NCBI GenBank assembly: GCA_021513715.1
Contig: CP084167.1
Coordinates: forward strand, 160,001 to 224,000
Source: Candidatus Heimdallarchaeum endolithica
GTDB taxonomy: Archaea > Asgardarchaeota > Heimdallarchaeia > Heimdallarchaeales > Heimdallarchaeaceae
DNA length: 64,000 bases
Reading direction: 5' to 3'
In this document: piece by piece, positions 29,485 to 39,326 of the stretch
How positions within the stretch are numbered: the first letter of the stretch is position 1
Layout of the letters: each line of letters begins with the position of its first letter
Translations under genes and position numbers: made by a program
Notes under the pieces: generated by a model
The model's database searches: none
What the model was told of the DNA's origin: nothing
The model's input: the letters and a program-made list of their open reading frames with translations, nothing else

Positions 29485-32331
29485 CTAGACTACTCTCATT
29501 TCCTCTACTACGTTCACTTCTGACGCACTAATAGCAGGAATTAACGTAGCTATTATTATTGAAGCAAAGGATACCAATATTGTAATCGTCAATGAAACTA
29601 TCGGTATGTACAATGTCCGTTTAAAGGTTACTTGAGCAAATCCTAACACTGAATCAAAGAATGAAATAAAAATGTTGAATTGATAAGCAAATAAATAACC
29701 TATCAACGAACCAAACAGAGTAGCAAATATAGCTATTGAAAATATTTCACTTATTACTAAAAGAATTAATTGTTTCTTCGAGGCACCTTCAGCAATCAAA
29801 ATTGCAAATTCTTTTCTTCTTTTGTTAATAATTAACATCATAAAAATAAATACTCCAATAATTGAAATTGTAATAGCAATAATATAGTTAATTGAAAGGA
29901 GACCTGGTATTCCAAAGCTACGGCCTTCTGCTTTCTGTAAATCATCTAGCACCTCATTGTACGTATAAATATCACTTATCCAATCAAAATTCTTCTTGAA
30001 CTCAAAAGCCAATTTTTCTTTTTCTACATTTACCCCAGATTTGAAGTTCACGATTACTCTTACAATTCTTGTTGTATCTGGAAAATGAGCAATAAGGAAT
30101 CTTTTATCAACTAGTGCATGAAATCCCCACCCATTTTCTACATCCAACAATGCCGGCGCATGTTCATAGACGATTTTAGCTTCTGCGTTAATTGTTTTGT
30201 TGTTTGTAGTTAATGAAATAGTTGAATTTGTATCTATTTCAAGATAATTTGCAGTCAATTTGTCTACAGCAATATTAGTAAGTGGATCTGCAAGTAGAAC
30301 TGCTAAACCATCTTTTGGATTTGTATAATCTTCTATTGCATTTTTATGCCAGAAGCATTTATCAGAGTATAGTTCGAGGTCTACCCCGAAGATAAATATC
30401 TTACCACCCCAATACAGTTCTGTAGATTTGTAGTAAATAGGAACAATACTCTCTATTTTGTCTTCAAAACCAGTGAAATTGGATACACTTAAAGAGTTGA
30501 TATCTCCAACTAATTCTATTCTCATATCTCCCCCCACATTGGTTTCTGCTTGTTGAATTATAAATTCATTTCCTGTGGCTCCTTGAATAGCTGTGAAAAC
30601 AGAAAGAGAAACAGATAAGCAGAGAAGTAAAGTTATTCTTGGGAAATACTGGTGTCTTCGACCTAAACTTCCTTTTATTAAAAGTCCAATCTTCTTAAAT
30701 ACCTTAACAATGTATTTATCCAAAACTTGAGGGATTTTAGGAGCTATTCTTGAAGCTACCAATCCAGAAGCATACCAGAGGAGAATAGGGGAAGTAACCT
30801 GAAGAAAGATTGCCCAACCTTGGAACTTAACATTTTCATTTATTTCTCTCAAGAATGATAAAAACACGCCTATTATTCCTGCAGAAAAAGCAAAAACATC
30901 AGCATATATACGTTTAAGGAAACCTATTTTAGGTTTATCAATAGTTTTCACTATTGCTACTTCTTGTTGTAAGAATGTTTTTGTTTTTTTGTTTGTTGTA
31001 ATAAGTAAAATACCAAGAGTGACAATTACTGTACTAATTATTTCCCCAGCCCCAATACTTAGAAAACTAAAAGCTTCATTAAATTGTGAGATGTTCACAT
31101 TCATAAAGCTATAAGATGAAACTACAACTGATGCCCCAATTGTTCCTAAACCTATTCCAATGGTTTCTCCTATAATACCAATAATAATAATCTCAGTAAA
31201 TATCATCCTTTTAATCTGTTTAGGGCTTGCACCTTGTGCTTTCAGTACGCCTACTTCGTATTTTCGCTCTTGTAAAGCGAGATCAGCTCCAAAGTTAATT
31301 AATATTATAGAAAGAATTAAGGCTGGAATATAGAGAACAAAGTCAATTACTTGCATTATTAATGTTAAAATAGAGTTAGATTGCAACACTATCCCAACAA
31401 GATTTAATCCTTCTACTTGATTCGGGTGACGTCTGACTATTCTATCAATAAAGATATCAATTTCTTCACTCATTTTTTTGATATCATCAGTTGACAAGTT
31501 GCTATAGTCTAATTTCACTCCTATTAAATAATATCCATGTTTTACAAGTGTCTCAACCATTTTGTCATTTAAATTTGATGACGAAAAAATTACATCGTCA
31601 GAATTGAAGAAACTTATTCCAGTTCTAATTCTTTCAATATTAAAGAAACCTGAAATAGTAAGATTAGAAACAATAATGATTGAATCAGTAACAGTAAAAT
31701 TCTGCGTAAGCTCGTTATATACAAGTGTCACTGCACTAATATTAACAGATAACACATCTCCTACTTCTAAACCATATAATAAAGACAGAGTTTCAGGAAC
31801 TATACATTCTCCTTCATTTAAAGATAAGTTACCATTAACTAAATCAATTGAGTGAACAAAATCATTATTTACATCATGTTCATCTATAACAATAGGATTC
31901 AAAGATTCAGGTTGATTTTTAGTATCACTAACGTTTTCTGTAAGTTCAAAATCAAATTGAAATAATTCGTTTCCAGTAATATAACCGAAACTTTCAGTAT
32001 AAATAATTGTTGTCTCTTTTGCTTCTTGTTCATTTGCGATTTCATTAGAAAGAGATGTAGGATCATTAAAACCTAGATCATTAGGATAGAAAACAACTTC
32101 AGCTTCAATATTGTTAACTACATCCATAACAGCTATGGTTTTTACTATTGATCCATAGAAGAAAATACTTGAAAAAATAGCTGCACCAAGAATAAGCCCA
32201 GCAACAATTGAAAGAGATCTTCGCTTATATGAAATAATTGATTTAAGTGCAAGTTGTATATAATTCATCATAGCTGTATATTTTCCTGAAATACTCTTCA
32301 TCATTGAAGTAAGTTTGTTTGAAATATTCAT
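29485..32331 (-). CDS. FtsX/MacB-type ABC permease
   Basis: Two ERKYEVGVLKAQGAS / RRKEFAILIAEGAS FtsX motifs, multiple TMs. Confidence 0.88.
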   Translation of the reverse strand: MNISNKLTSMMKSISGKYTAMMNYIQLALKSIISYKRRSLSIVAGLILGAAIFSSIFFYGSIVKTIAVMDVVNNIEAEVVFYPNDLGFNDPTSLSNEIANEQEAKETTIIYTESFGYITGNELFQFDFELTENVSDTKNQPESLNPIVIDEHDVNNDFVHSIDLVNGNLSLNEGECIVPETLSLLYGLEVGDVLSVNISAVTLVYNELTQNFTVTDSIIIVSNLTISGFFNIERIRTGISFFNSDDVIFSSSNLNDKMVETLVKHGYYLIGVKLDYSNLSTDDIKKMSEEIDIFIDRIVRRHPNQVEGLNLVGIVLQSNSILTLIMQVIDFVLYIPALILSIILINFGADLALQERKYEVGVLKAQGASPKQIKRMIFTEIIIIGIIGETIGIGLGTIGASVVVSSYSFMNVNISQFNEAFSFLSIGAGEIISTVIVTLGILLITTNKKTKTFLQQEVAIVKTIDKPKIGFLKRIYADVFAFSAGIIGVFLSFLREINENVKFQGWAIFLQVTSPILLWYASGLVASRIAPKIPQVLDKYIVKVFKKIGLLIKGSLGRRHQYFPRITLLLCLSVSLSVFTAIQGATGNEFIIQQAETNVGGDMRIELVGDINSLSVSNFTGFEDKIESIVPIYYKSTELYWGGKIFIFGVDLELYSDKCFWHKNAIEDYTNPKDGLAVLLADPLTNIAVDKLTANYLEIDTNSTISLTTNNKTINAEAKIVYEHAPALLDVENGWGFHALVDKRFLIAHFPDTTRIVRVIVNFKSGVNVEKEKLAFEFKKNFDWISDIYTYNEVLDDLQKAEGRSFGIPGLLSINYIIAITISIIGVFIFMMLIINKRRKEFAILIAEGASKKQLILLVISEIFSIAIFATLFGSLIGYLFAYQFNIFISFFDSVLGFAQVTFKRTLYIPIVSLTITILVSFASIIIATLIPAISASEVNVVEEMRVV

Positions 32332-33062
32332 TTTCTTTCACTCCTACGTTTGTTTAAAATAGAAACTTGTTCTTCAGCAAGTTTTCCATTACGTAAAATA
32401 TATAAACGATCTGTCTGTTTTGCAGCTTCATGATCATGCGTAACCATAACGACAGTTATATTCTTCTCTTTACTCAATTGCTTGAACAAACTAATTATTT
32501 CACGTCCAGTTACAGTATCAAGATTACCACTAGGTTCATCACAATAGATAATTTTTGGTTCATGAGCCAAAGCACGTGCTATTGCCACTCGTTGTTGTTC
32601 TCCCCCTGAAAGTTGCTCTGGTAAATGATTCATTCTTCCATAAAGACCTACACTTTCTAGAAAAGAAACAGCTTTTGCTGTAGCTGTTTTATCTTCTTCT
32701 CCTCTTAAAATCATTGGAAGTTTTACATTTTCTAAAGCTGTAAGGTAAGGAATTAAACTGAAATTCTGAAAAACAATTGAAGAGGTTTTTCTTCTAATTT
32801 CCAAGTATTCTTTGTTTGTTAACTTTTTTAGATTTGAGCCTACAATATATACATCGCCATCCGTTATTGTCTCTAAAGTTGATAAAATATTTACTAAAGT
32901 GCTTTTTCCTGAACCACTTGGCCCCATTATGGCTACAAATTCTCCCTTTTTTATTTTCATGTTAACTCCTGTAAGAACTTTAACTATTGTATCCTTATCT
33001 AGTTTAAAGTTCTTTATCAGACTTCTAGTTATTATAATATTTTCTGCACTATTGTTACTCAT
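32328..33062 (-). CDS. ABC transporter ATPase (LolD-like)
   Basis: GPSGSGKS, LSGGEQQR, DEPSG, VTHD. Confidence 0.92.
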   Translation of the reverse strand: MSNNSAENIIITRSLIKNFKLDKDTIVKVLTGVNMKIKKGEFVAIMGPSGSGKSTLVNILSTLETITDGDVYIVGSNLKKLTNKEYLEIRRKTSSIVFQNFSLIPYLTALENVKLPMILRGEEDKTATAKAVSFLESVGLYGRMNHLPEQLSGGEQQRVAIARALAHEPKIIYCDEPSGNLDTVTGREIISLFKQLSKEKNITVVMVTHDHEAAKQTDRLYILRNGKLAEEQVSILNKRRSERK

Positions 33063-33588
33063 TAAGCTCCGAGTTATATGGAAAAATATAAAGGTATCTT
33101 TATAAAAAACGATTAATATTAATCAAAAAACTTTGAATTCTTTTCAAACTCCTTTAAAACCCATATTCCTTCTCATAGAATAAAATAAAATATGAGAATG
33201 ACTGCAGAAACACCTAACAAGCAAAAACCTAATATTAAACCTACTATTCTATTCTTTAAGTGCCTTTTTATTAAATCCCCAATGAACCCTCCAATAGGTA
33301 AAAAAATTGATAACACAATAAACAAATACAAATCAAAATGACCTTGTACTACGTGAGTTGTACCTCCTACAACAGCTTTAACTAAAATAATAAAAAGAGA
33401 AGTACCAGAAGCTACAATAGGAGTATATCCAAAACCTAATATCATCAATGGAGAAATAAGCCATCCTCCAGAAGAACCAAGAAGGCCAGTAATAAAACCA
33501 ATTAATAATCCAAAAACTACAATAACGGGAATACTTATTCTAAACTCATAGTCATCCCTTTTTATAGTTATAAAAGGTTTCAACCATG

Positions 33589-33963
33589 AGTTGAAATTTT
33601 ACGTAATTTCTTCAGGACTCTACCCAACCAATCAACAAACTTAGCGAAAGTTGTGAAGACTGGATTAAGAGAACATGAAAGACACAGTCTTAATTAAGTT
33701 CTCTAAGGGGTTCATCTCCTTATCCCGGGCACTCATAACTCCCAAAGGGAAGACCGGGTGTCGTAGGAATGAAACCTACGTCTTTAAGCATATAGCTCAA
33801 GACACTAGATAAATGAGAATTAAATATATAAAGATAGCTGAAAAGTTGTGACACTCCCTAATATCTTGTATGTATTCTTTATTTTTGCAAATGTGTTTCA
33901 GGTTGTTATTGGTATGATAACTCCACAAACTAAAAATTTAGTTTATTATGTAAAAAAGTATCT
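33589..33963. mobile_element. Non-autonomous insertion (MITE-like or intron-like) with CATG direct repeats and sub-terminal inverted repeats
   Basis: CATG at 33585-33588 and 33964-33967; both ends read AG-N6-TTTTACRTAAT inward; in-frame restoration of host gene. Confidence 0.75.
33600..33806 (-). ncRNA. Putative ~200-nt structured RNA inside the insertion
   Basis: Minus-strand TTTATATA ~27 nt upstream; locally raised GC; stems GTGTC/GACAC, GAGC/GCTT, GTAGG/CCTAC, CCCGG/CCGGG, interleaved AGAGAAC/GTTCTCT and AAGACTG/CAGTCTT. Confidence 0.6.
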
Positions 33964-34534
33964 CATGGATAATGAAACCTTGCAAAAAAAGCTATCTTAT
34001 GTCTATGCTCTTCTTGTTCTTTTCTTACTTGTTTCAATTCGTGAATTTTATCTCTTCTATATGTTTCGATACCTAGTTTCTTCTTTTTTCTTGATTCAAA
34101 TAACATTTTAACGCTTAGTAATAGAGCTAATGAGAACAATATTGAAAGTAAAACTACTTCAGGTATCATATCTGTAATTAAAGCTCCCAAAAAAGTAGAA
34201 ATCATAGCAGGAATTAAAAAAGCAAAGGCAAATTTAAAATCAATTTCCTTCCTTTTTCTTGCTCCAAGCACACCAACCAGAGAAATAAAAACTGTAGAAG
34301 ATAAAGTTGTTCCTACAACAGTAGGCATTTCATATTCAAATAATACTGCTAAGATAGGAACAATGAATACTCCCCCACCAAGTCCAGCTATTACGCTTAA
34401 TATGCCAACAACAAGTGCAATTATCGAAATCAAGAATAGTATAGTGGGAGACAATAGCATAACTCTTGATGATAAAAACATATTTATAAAACTTTTTCGA
34501 ATTAAAAACCTAAAAGAAGTTAGAAATTAAATTT

Positions 34535-35494
34535 TTATTTTTTTATGTTATTTCTTAAATAAAGTAAATGGCTTCTTAACGTTGCAGGGCTGACTTTACA
34601 TGTTCGCGCTAGAAAAGCTTGATTAAATAAACTAATATTGATTTTTTCAGCAATCATTTCTGATGCTAAAAAAATACATGCTACACTTAGGACACTAGGT
34701 CGTCTGCTTTTAGCATCTATTTTAGAAAGTTTAACTGCAAATAGCTCTATTGATGTTAAAATTTTATCAATATCTAGTTCAGTAATCTCTAGAGTGTTTC
34801 CGACATTTTGTAACTCTTGCCTAATTTGCCCCCTAATTGATAAATCAGATCTTAAGGTTGCCATATGTTTTGTTACCCAAACACTTGTAGATGACTTAGT
34901 ATAAGTTAAATTATTTGTGATAATATAATCTCGAACTGCTTTGGAGCTAATCTTACAGCCATAGCTTTTAAAAATATCAACTACAGTACGAATACTTACT
35001 GGAATATTTAGATTTTTTGAAAATATTATTGCTAAAGCCGATGCTAGCAAAAAAATGTTTGAAACCTTATTTCCTGCTCTTTTTTCTGCTTCGTATCTCT
35101 TTCTTAATTCATACATTATTTGGTTTTTTTGATTTGATGAAAAACCTAATTTTGTTAAAATGTTTAATAATCTTGATTTATTCTCTTCTATTGCATCATA
35201 TTCCAATTTTTTTTCAGCAAACCACATTCTCTGAAATTGTGCTCTACTTTCTCCTGGAGATACTTCAAAAGATGAAAAATAAGTATTTTTACTTCTTCTA
35301 CTTTCTGGGCTGCCAAAACGATTTTTTCTCCAATCAGTTGAATCACTATCAATAAAATGATCTGAACTATACCTTTGGTCAATAACAAGACCACATTTTC
35401 TACAAACAACATCTGAAACTGTTTCAATAAAATTACTTCCCCCACACTCAGGACACACAATTTTAACCTTTTTCTCTTGCTCTGTTCTCATCAT
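34535..35494 (-). CDS. Divergent TFIIB/TFB-like protein
   Basis: CPECG...VCRKCGLVID Zn ribbon, DWR...RFGSP reader-like segment, two cyclin-like repeats (RRPSVLSVACIFLA). Confidence 0.78.
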   Translation of the reverse strand: MMRTEQEKKVKIVCPECGGSNFIETVSDVVCRKCGLVIDQRYSSDHFIDSDSTDWRKNRFGSPESRRSKNTYFSSFEVSPGESRAQFQRMWFAEKKLEYDAIEENKSRLLNILTKLGFSSNQKNQIMYELRKRYEAEKRAGNKVSNIFLLASALAIIFSKNLNIPVSIRTVVDIFKSYGCKISSKAVRDYIITNNLTYTKSSTSVWVTKHMATLRSDLSIRGQIRQELQNVGNTLEITELDIDKILTSIELFAVKLSKIDAKSRRPSVLSVACIFLASEMIAEKINISLFNQAFLARTCKVSPATLRSHLLYLRNNIKK

Positions 35495-35753
35495 TTCTCT
35501 TCATGAAACTTTTCTAATTGTACTATTTAAAGCGACAGAGAGGGTGCATTGAAAGTGAATATTATTGTTAAACAAATTAAGTCGATTAAATTTTTTAGTT
35601 GAGCTCAGTAAGTGTTTTTTATGTCATGTAAATATTACAAAAACATAGTTTGGAGTATTACATATTTTATATTAAAGATGAAAAATCAATAAAAGAAGAA
35701 ATTACTTTCAAAACTTACATAGTCATTTTGTAGTAAGTTCATAATAAAAAAGA

Positions 35754-36650
35754 TTATTTAGAAAGAAAAGCACTTAATCTTTTAGCTAAAACAAAAGTTT
35801 GAACATTTCTTCCTCCATAAGTGAATGTTTTAAATGTCCGTAATTCTAGTTGCTTAATTATTTTTTTAGTTTTAACTACAGGCCATACATATTCTTCTTT
35901 CTTTATTTTACTTTTGATGAACTTAATAACATAAGATAAATTCTTGAAGAAGTTAAGAATAATATTAAAAACAGAAACAGTTTCTTCTGTAATAAAGAGA
36001 AGACCAGAGGAGTATAATAGTTGTTTACATTTCTTTACAATAGTGTAGTTCTCTTCTTTTTTTCTTCCTTTAAGCGCAAAAAGGAGAATGATGTTCATAA
36101 AAGGGCCATCAAGGTTATTCATTTTTTCAAGAGAAAAGGGCTTCAATTCCATTTTCTCCAATATTTTTACATTATTAACCTCTGCCTTGGGACTGATGAA
36201 AGTAATTGAAGTATCACGAGCAATTACACCTATTCCTTTCTCTGTCATTCTTTCTGCAAAAGCTCCTACATTCTTTCCAATAAGCAAAGTTTTTCCATCC
36301 TTAAGTAGAACTTCGATATCTTTTTCTATTTGAGGGCGTAATTTGTTAATATTTACAACTTGTTCAACTTTTTCTTTTAAACCATGCATTTTCTGACTAA
36401 AAACACTACTTTTCTTTACTTCCTTATCTTCTTTTTTTTCCTTTTTCTCAGCTTTTACTTTTGGAATACTAGCGATTTCCTCTGTCTCTTCTTTCTTTTC
36501 ATGTCTAAAAATCTCTGGTAGATCAGGAATAGTTTCATTTTCTGCATTATTTCCAACATTTATATTTCTATCTTTGTCTTCTCTTTTATTTTTGCTCACT
36601 TTTATTCCCCTAATTTTTTTATTTAGAGATAAGTTCTTGCCAACTTGCAA
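35754..36650 (-). CDS. Hypothetical protein, charged N-terminus plus SAM-methyltransferase-like domain
   Basis: LLIGKNVGAF (degenerate motif I), LLYSSGLLFITE. Confidence 0.5.
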   Translation of the reverse strand: MQVGKNLSLNKKIRGIKVSKNKREDKDRNINVGNNAENETIPDLPEIFRHEKKEETEEIASIPKVKAEKKEKKEDKEVKKSSVFSQKMHGLKEKVEQVVNINKLRPQIEKDIEVLLKDGKTLLIGKNVGAFAERMTEKGIGVIARDTSITFISPKAEVNNVKILEKMELKPFSLEKMNNLDGPFMNIILLFALKGRKKEENYTIVKKCKQLLYSSGLLFITEETVSVFNIILNFFKNLSYVIKFIKSKIKKEEYVWPVVKTKKIIKQLELRTFKTFTYGGRNVQTFVLAKRLSAFLSK

Positions 36651-37257
36651 TTTCTTCTAATATATCATATTTTGTTGGTAACTCATCATTAGCTCTTTTA
36701 AGTTTTTGTGCATATTGAGTAAATTTATGCAAAGTAACTCCAGAAATACCTGATTGCATAAGTTTATCTTTTGTATCTTCAATTTCACTTATAACTTGAG
36801 TAATTGTTTCTTTAGTTATCTTTCCTATTTCTTTTATTTTTGATCTTAAAGTTTCTAAATGCTCTGTTGGGCTTAACCCCATAGTTACTCTTGTTTCAAA
36901 TCCTGAAGAAATAACTTCCAGAACTTCTTCTTTTGCTTCACTCCAACTACTCACATCATTGTCATTGTAATATAAAACTGCTAAATGTACTGCTAATTGC
37001 TTCAATATTGTTTCTAATGAATCATCAGTTATTTCAGGAAGATTATGAATAAGACCCATCCTTATTAAAATTAAATCTCGATTTATATTAGCGTATGTAT
37101 ATTCCTTTTCTGATAATTCATTAATAGCTTTTAACCTTTTAATAAGACTGATATATCGATCTTTATCCATAGAAATAAAGTCATCTCTTGTTAAATAAGG
37201 TGTAAGTTTCTCTCCTATTTTCTTCCATAAAGGAATAGATTCAGTACTTTTTTCCAT
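36619..37257 (-). CDS. Hypothetical helical protein
   Basis: 212-aa ORF, same strand as neighbours. Confidence 0.65.
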   Translation of the reverse strand: MEKSTESIPLWKKIGEKLTPYLTRDDFISMDKDRYISLIKRLKAINELSEKEYTYANINRDLILIRMGLIHNLPEITDDSLETILKQLAVHLAVLYYNDNDVSSWSEAKEEVLEVISSGFETRVTMGLSPTEHLETLRSKIKEIGKITKETITQVISEIEDTKDKLMQSGISGVTLHKFTQYAQKLKRANDELPTKYDILEEIASWQELISK

Positions 37258-37332
37258 ATTTTATTTTATTTTCTCTATATTTAATAATGTTTTTGGGAGA
37301 TTTTAAAAAAAGAAAGAAAAAATAGAATTCAA

Positions 37333-39075
37333 CTATTTTTCTAAAACACTAGAATCTACATATCCATACTCAACCAATTTAGCTAATACTTTATGAACAG
37401 ATTCTTCTATTGTTTCTTTATCAGTTTCGCAAACAATTTCAGGATTAGTTGGAGGTTCATAAGGATCATTGACTCCAGTGAAATTTAGTATTTCACCTGC
37501 TTTTGCTTTCTTGTATAATCCTTTTACATCTCTAGATTCACATACTTCTATGGGAGCTTTCACATATACTTCCATAAAGTCTCCTATCAGTTGTCTTATC
37601 TCATCTCTTACTGCTTGATAAGGGGCGATATTAGCCATCAAAACAATAACGTTATTACGAGTTAGCATATGAGCAACAAAACCAACTCTTCTGATATTTT
37701 CATCTCTATCATGTTTACTGAAACCTAAATCTTTGGTTAGATATTGTCTTACAACATCCCCATCAAGACGTTCTACATGATATCCTCTTTTCTTTAATTC
37801 TTGAGCAAGAGCTTTAGTTATTGTTGTTTTTCCAGACCCGCTAAGTCCAGTGAATAGTAGAGTAACACCTTTCTGTTCTACTTTTACTTTACCATTATAA
37901 GCATCAGTTAAAATCATAGCTACTTCAGGACGAGTAAACTCTCTAGGAAGCATTTGTCCTTCTTTTAACATTTGTCTAACCTTTGTTCCTGAAAGATAGA
38001 CATGACTCTCTTTTCCATGAGGACAAGTCTTTTGAGTAGCCATTTGCTCACATATTTTACAATAAAAAGCATGCTCAAATTTAAATGGTTTAATCTTTAG
38101 ATCATTATCACTGAATTGATCAAAAATCTCTTGGGCTTCATAAGTACCATAATAATTACCAACACCAGCATGGTCACGACCTATAATAATATGAGAACAA
38201 CCATAGTTTTGCCTAGCTATAGCATGCATGATAGCCTCTCTTGGACCTGCATAACGCATGTTTGCTGGAAATACACCTAAAAAGAATCTGTCTTTTGGAT
38301 AATATGCATTTAGAATCACTTTGTAAGTTTCCATTCTAGTTTGAACTGGAACATCATCACTTTTTGTTGAACCAACAAGAGGATTAATAAATAAACCATC
38401 TACAGACTCTAAAGCTACTTTTTGTAGATATTCATGAGCTCTGTGTATTGGATTTCTTGTTTGGAAAGCCACAACTGTTTTCCACCCTCTTTTGGTAAAT
38501 TCAGCCCTAGTTTGTTTTGGGGTGAAACGATATTCAACAAAATCTTTATGAGGAAGATCATCGATTAACAGAATTTCTCCTCCTAGGTAATAGCTTTCTG
38601 TTTGATAAAGAGCAGCTACTCCTGGATGAGCACTATCCTCTGTTTTATAAACATTAAGTGCTTCTTTCTTTTTATTTGGATTATAAATGTCAGAAACTGT
38701 CATTAAACCCATATATACGCCATTCCACTTTAGTGTAATTTCATCTCCTTTACTTAAACTTCCAGCAAAAGAATCATCAACTGGAAGAGTTACTGGAATT
38801 GGCCAAACAACTCCATTTTTTAATCGCATTGTTTCAACAACGCTAATATAGTCTTCTTCAGTCATAAATCCAGTTAGAGGTGAATAAACCCCTGTAGCTA
38901 TGCATTCAAGATCAGCTAGTGTTCTTTCATTTAATTCTAAGACAGGTAATGTTTTTGCTTTTTCAACATAATTATATCTTTCTTCTTCGCTTATTATATG
39001 TTTGTCTATAAGTTTTCCTCCATGGGGAGGAACAAGCTTTTGAAGGTTTTTTTCTAATTCTTTATTGTCACTCAT
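37333..39075 (-). CDS. sat-cysC: Bifunctional sulfate adenylyltransferase / APS kinase (PAPS synthase)
   Basis: [16 protein letters not shown]; [22 protein letters not shown]. Confidence 0.95.
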   Translation of the reverse strand: MSDNKELEKNLQKLVPPHGGKLIDKHIISEEERYNYVEKAKTLPVLELNERTLADLECIATGVYSPLTGFMTEEDYISVVETMRLKNGVVWPIPVTLPVDDSFAGSLSKGDEITLKWNGVYMGLMTVSDIYNPNKKKEALNVYKTEDSAHPGVAALYQTESYYLGGEILLIDDLPHKDFVEYRFTPKQTRAEFTKRGWKTVVAFQTRNPIHRAHEYLQKVALESVDGLFINPLVGSTKSDDVPVQTRMETYKVILNAYYPKDRFFLGVFPANMRYAGPREAIMHAIARQNYGCSHIIIGRDHAGVGNYYGTYEAQEIFDQFSDNDLKIKPFKFEHAFYCKICEQMATQKTCPHGKESHVYLSGTKVRQMLKEGQMLPREFTRPEVAMILTDAYNGKVKVEQKGVTLLFTGLSGSGKTTITKALAQELKKRGYHVERLDGDVVRQYLTKDLGFSKHDRDENIRRVGFVAHMLTRNNVIVLMANIAPYQAVRDEIRQLIGDFMEVYVKAPIEVCESRDVKGLYKKAKAGEILNFTGVNDPYEPPTNPEIVCETDKETIEESVHKVLAKLVEYGYVDSSVLEK

Positions 39076-39326
39076 TTACTTCACCTATAATTTACGTAAA
39101 CAACGTAACTATTCAGAAAAGCAAAAAACTAGTTACTTATAAATTATTTGATAAAACAGTAACAAGATAGTTATTAATTCAATTTTTGGACAGTAAAGAA
39201 TTAAAAAATTAAATTAAATAATATAAAATAATAGGAAATCAAAAAGTAGGAAAATAATACTATATTAATGCGAATATACCTAATCATTTAAAAATCAAAC
39301 ATTAATTTGAGAAAATAACTATTAGA

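Larger units (their letters stand above)
33173..34481 (-). pseudogene. tauE: TauE/SafE sulfite-exporter gene interrupted by a 375-bp insertion (halves 33963-34481 and 33173-33583)
   Basis: Each half has a TauE Gly motif (GLGGGVFIVP; GSSGGWLISP); deleting 33589-33967 rejoins them in frame (...ARFHYP-WLKPFITIK..., 309 aa). Confidence 0.8.

Noticed and set aside
33758-33806. Genuine tRNA gene
   Set aside because: No anticodon arm, 5-bp acceptor stem, non-canonical T loop
33963-33965. TGA as selenocysteine or readthrough in tauE
   Set aside because: The downstream half is in another frame and the TGA is created by the insertion junction
33574-33981. Canonical bulge-helix-bulge intron
   Set aside because: No register gives a good 4-bp helix with two 3-nt bulges and flanking helices; only a relaxed form is possible, kept as a hypothesis in the findings
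33848-34111. 87-aa plus-strand ORF as the element's transposase
   Set aside because: Straddles the element boundary, is antisense to tauE and has no catalytic motifs
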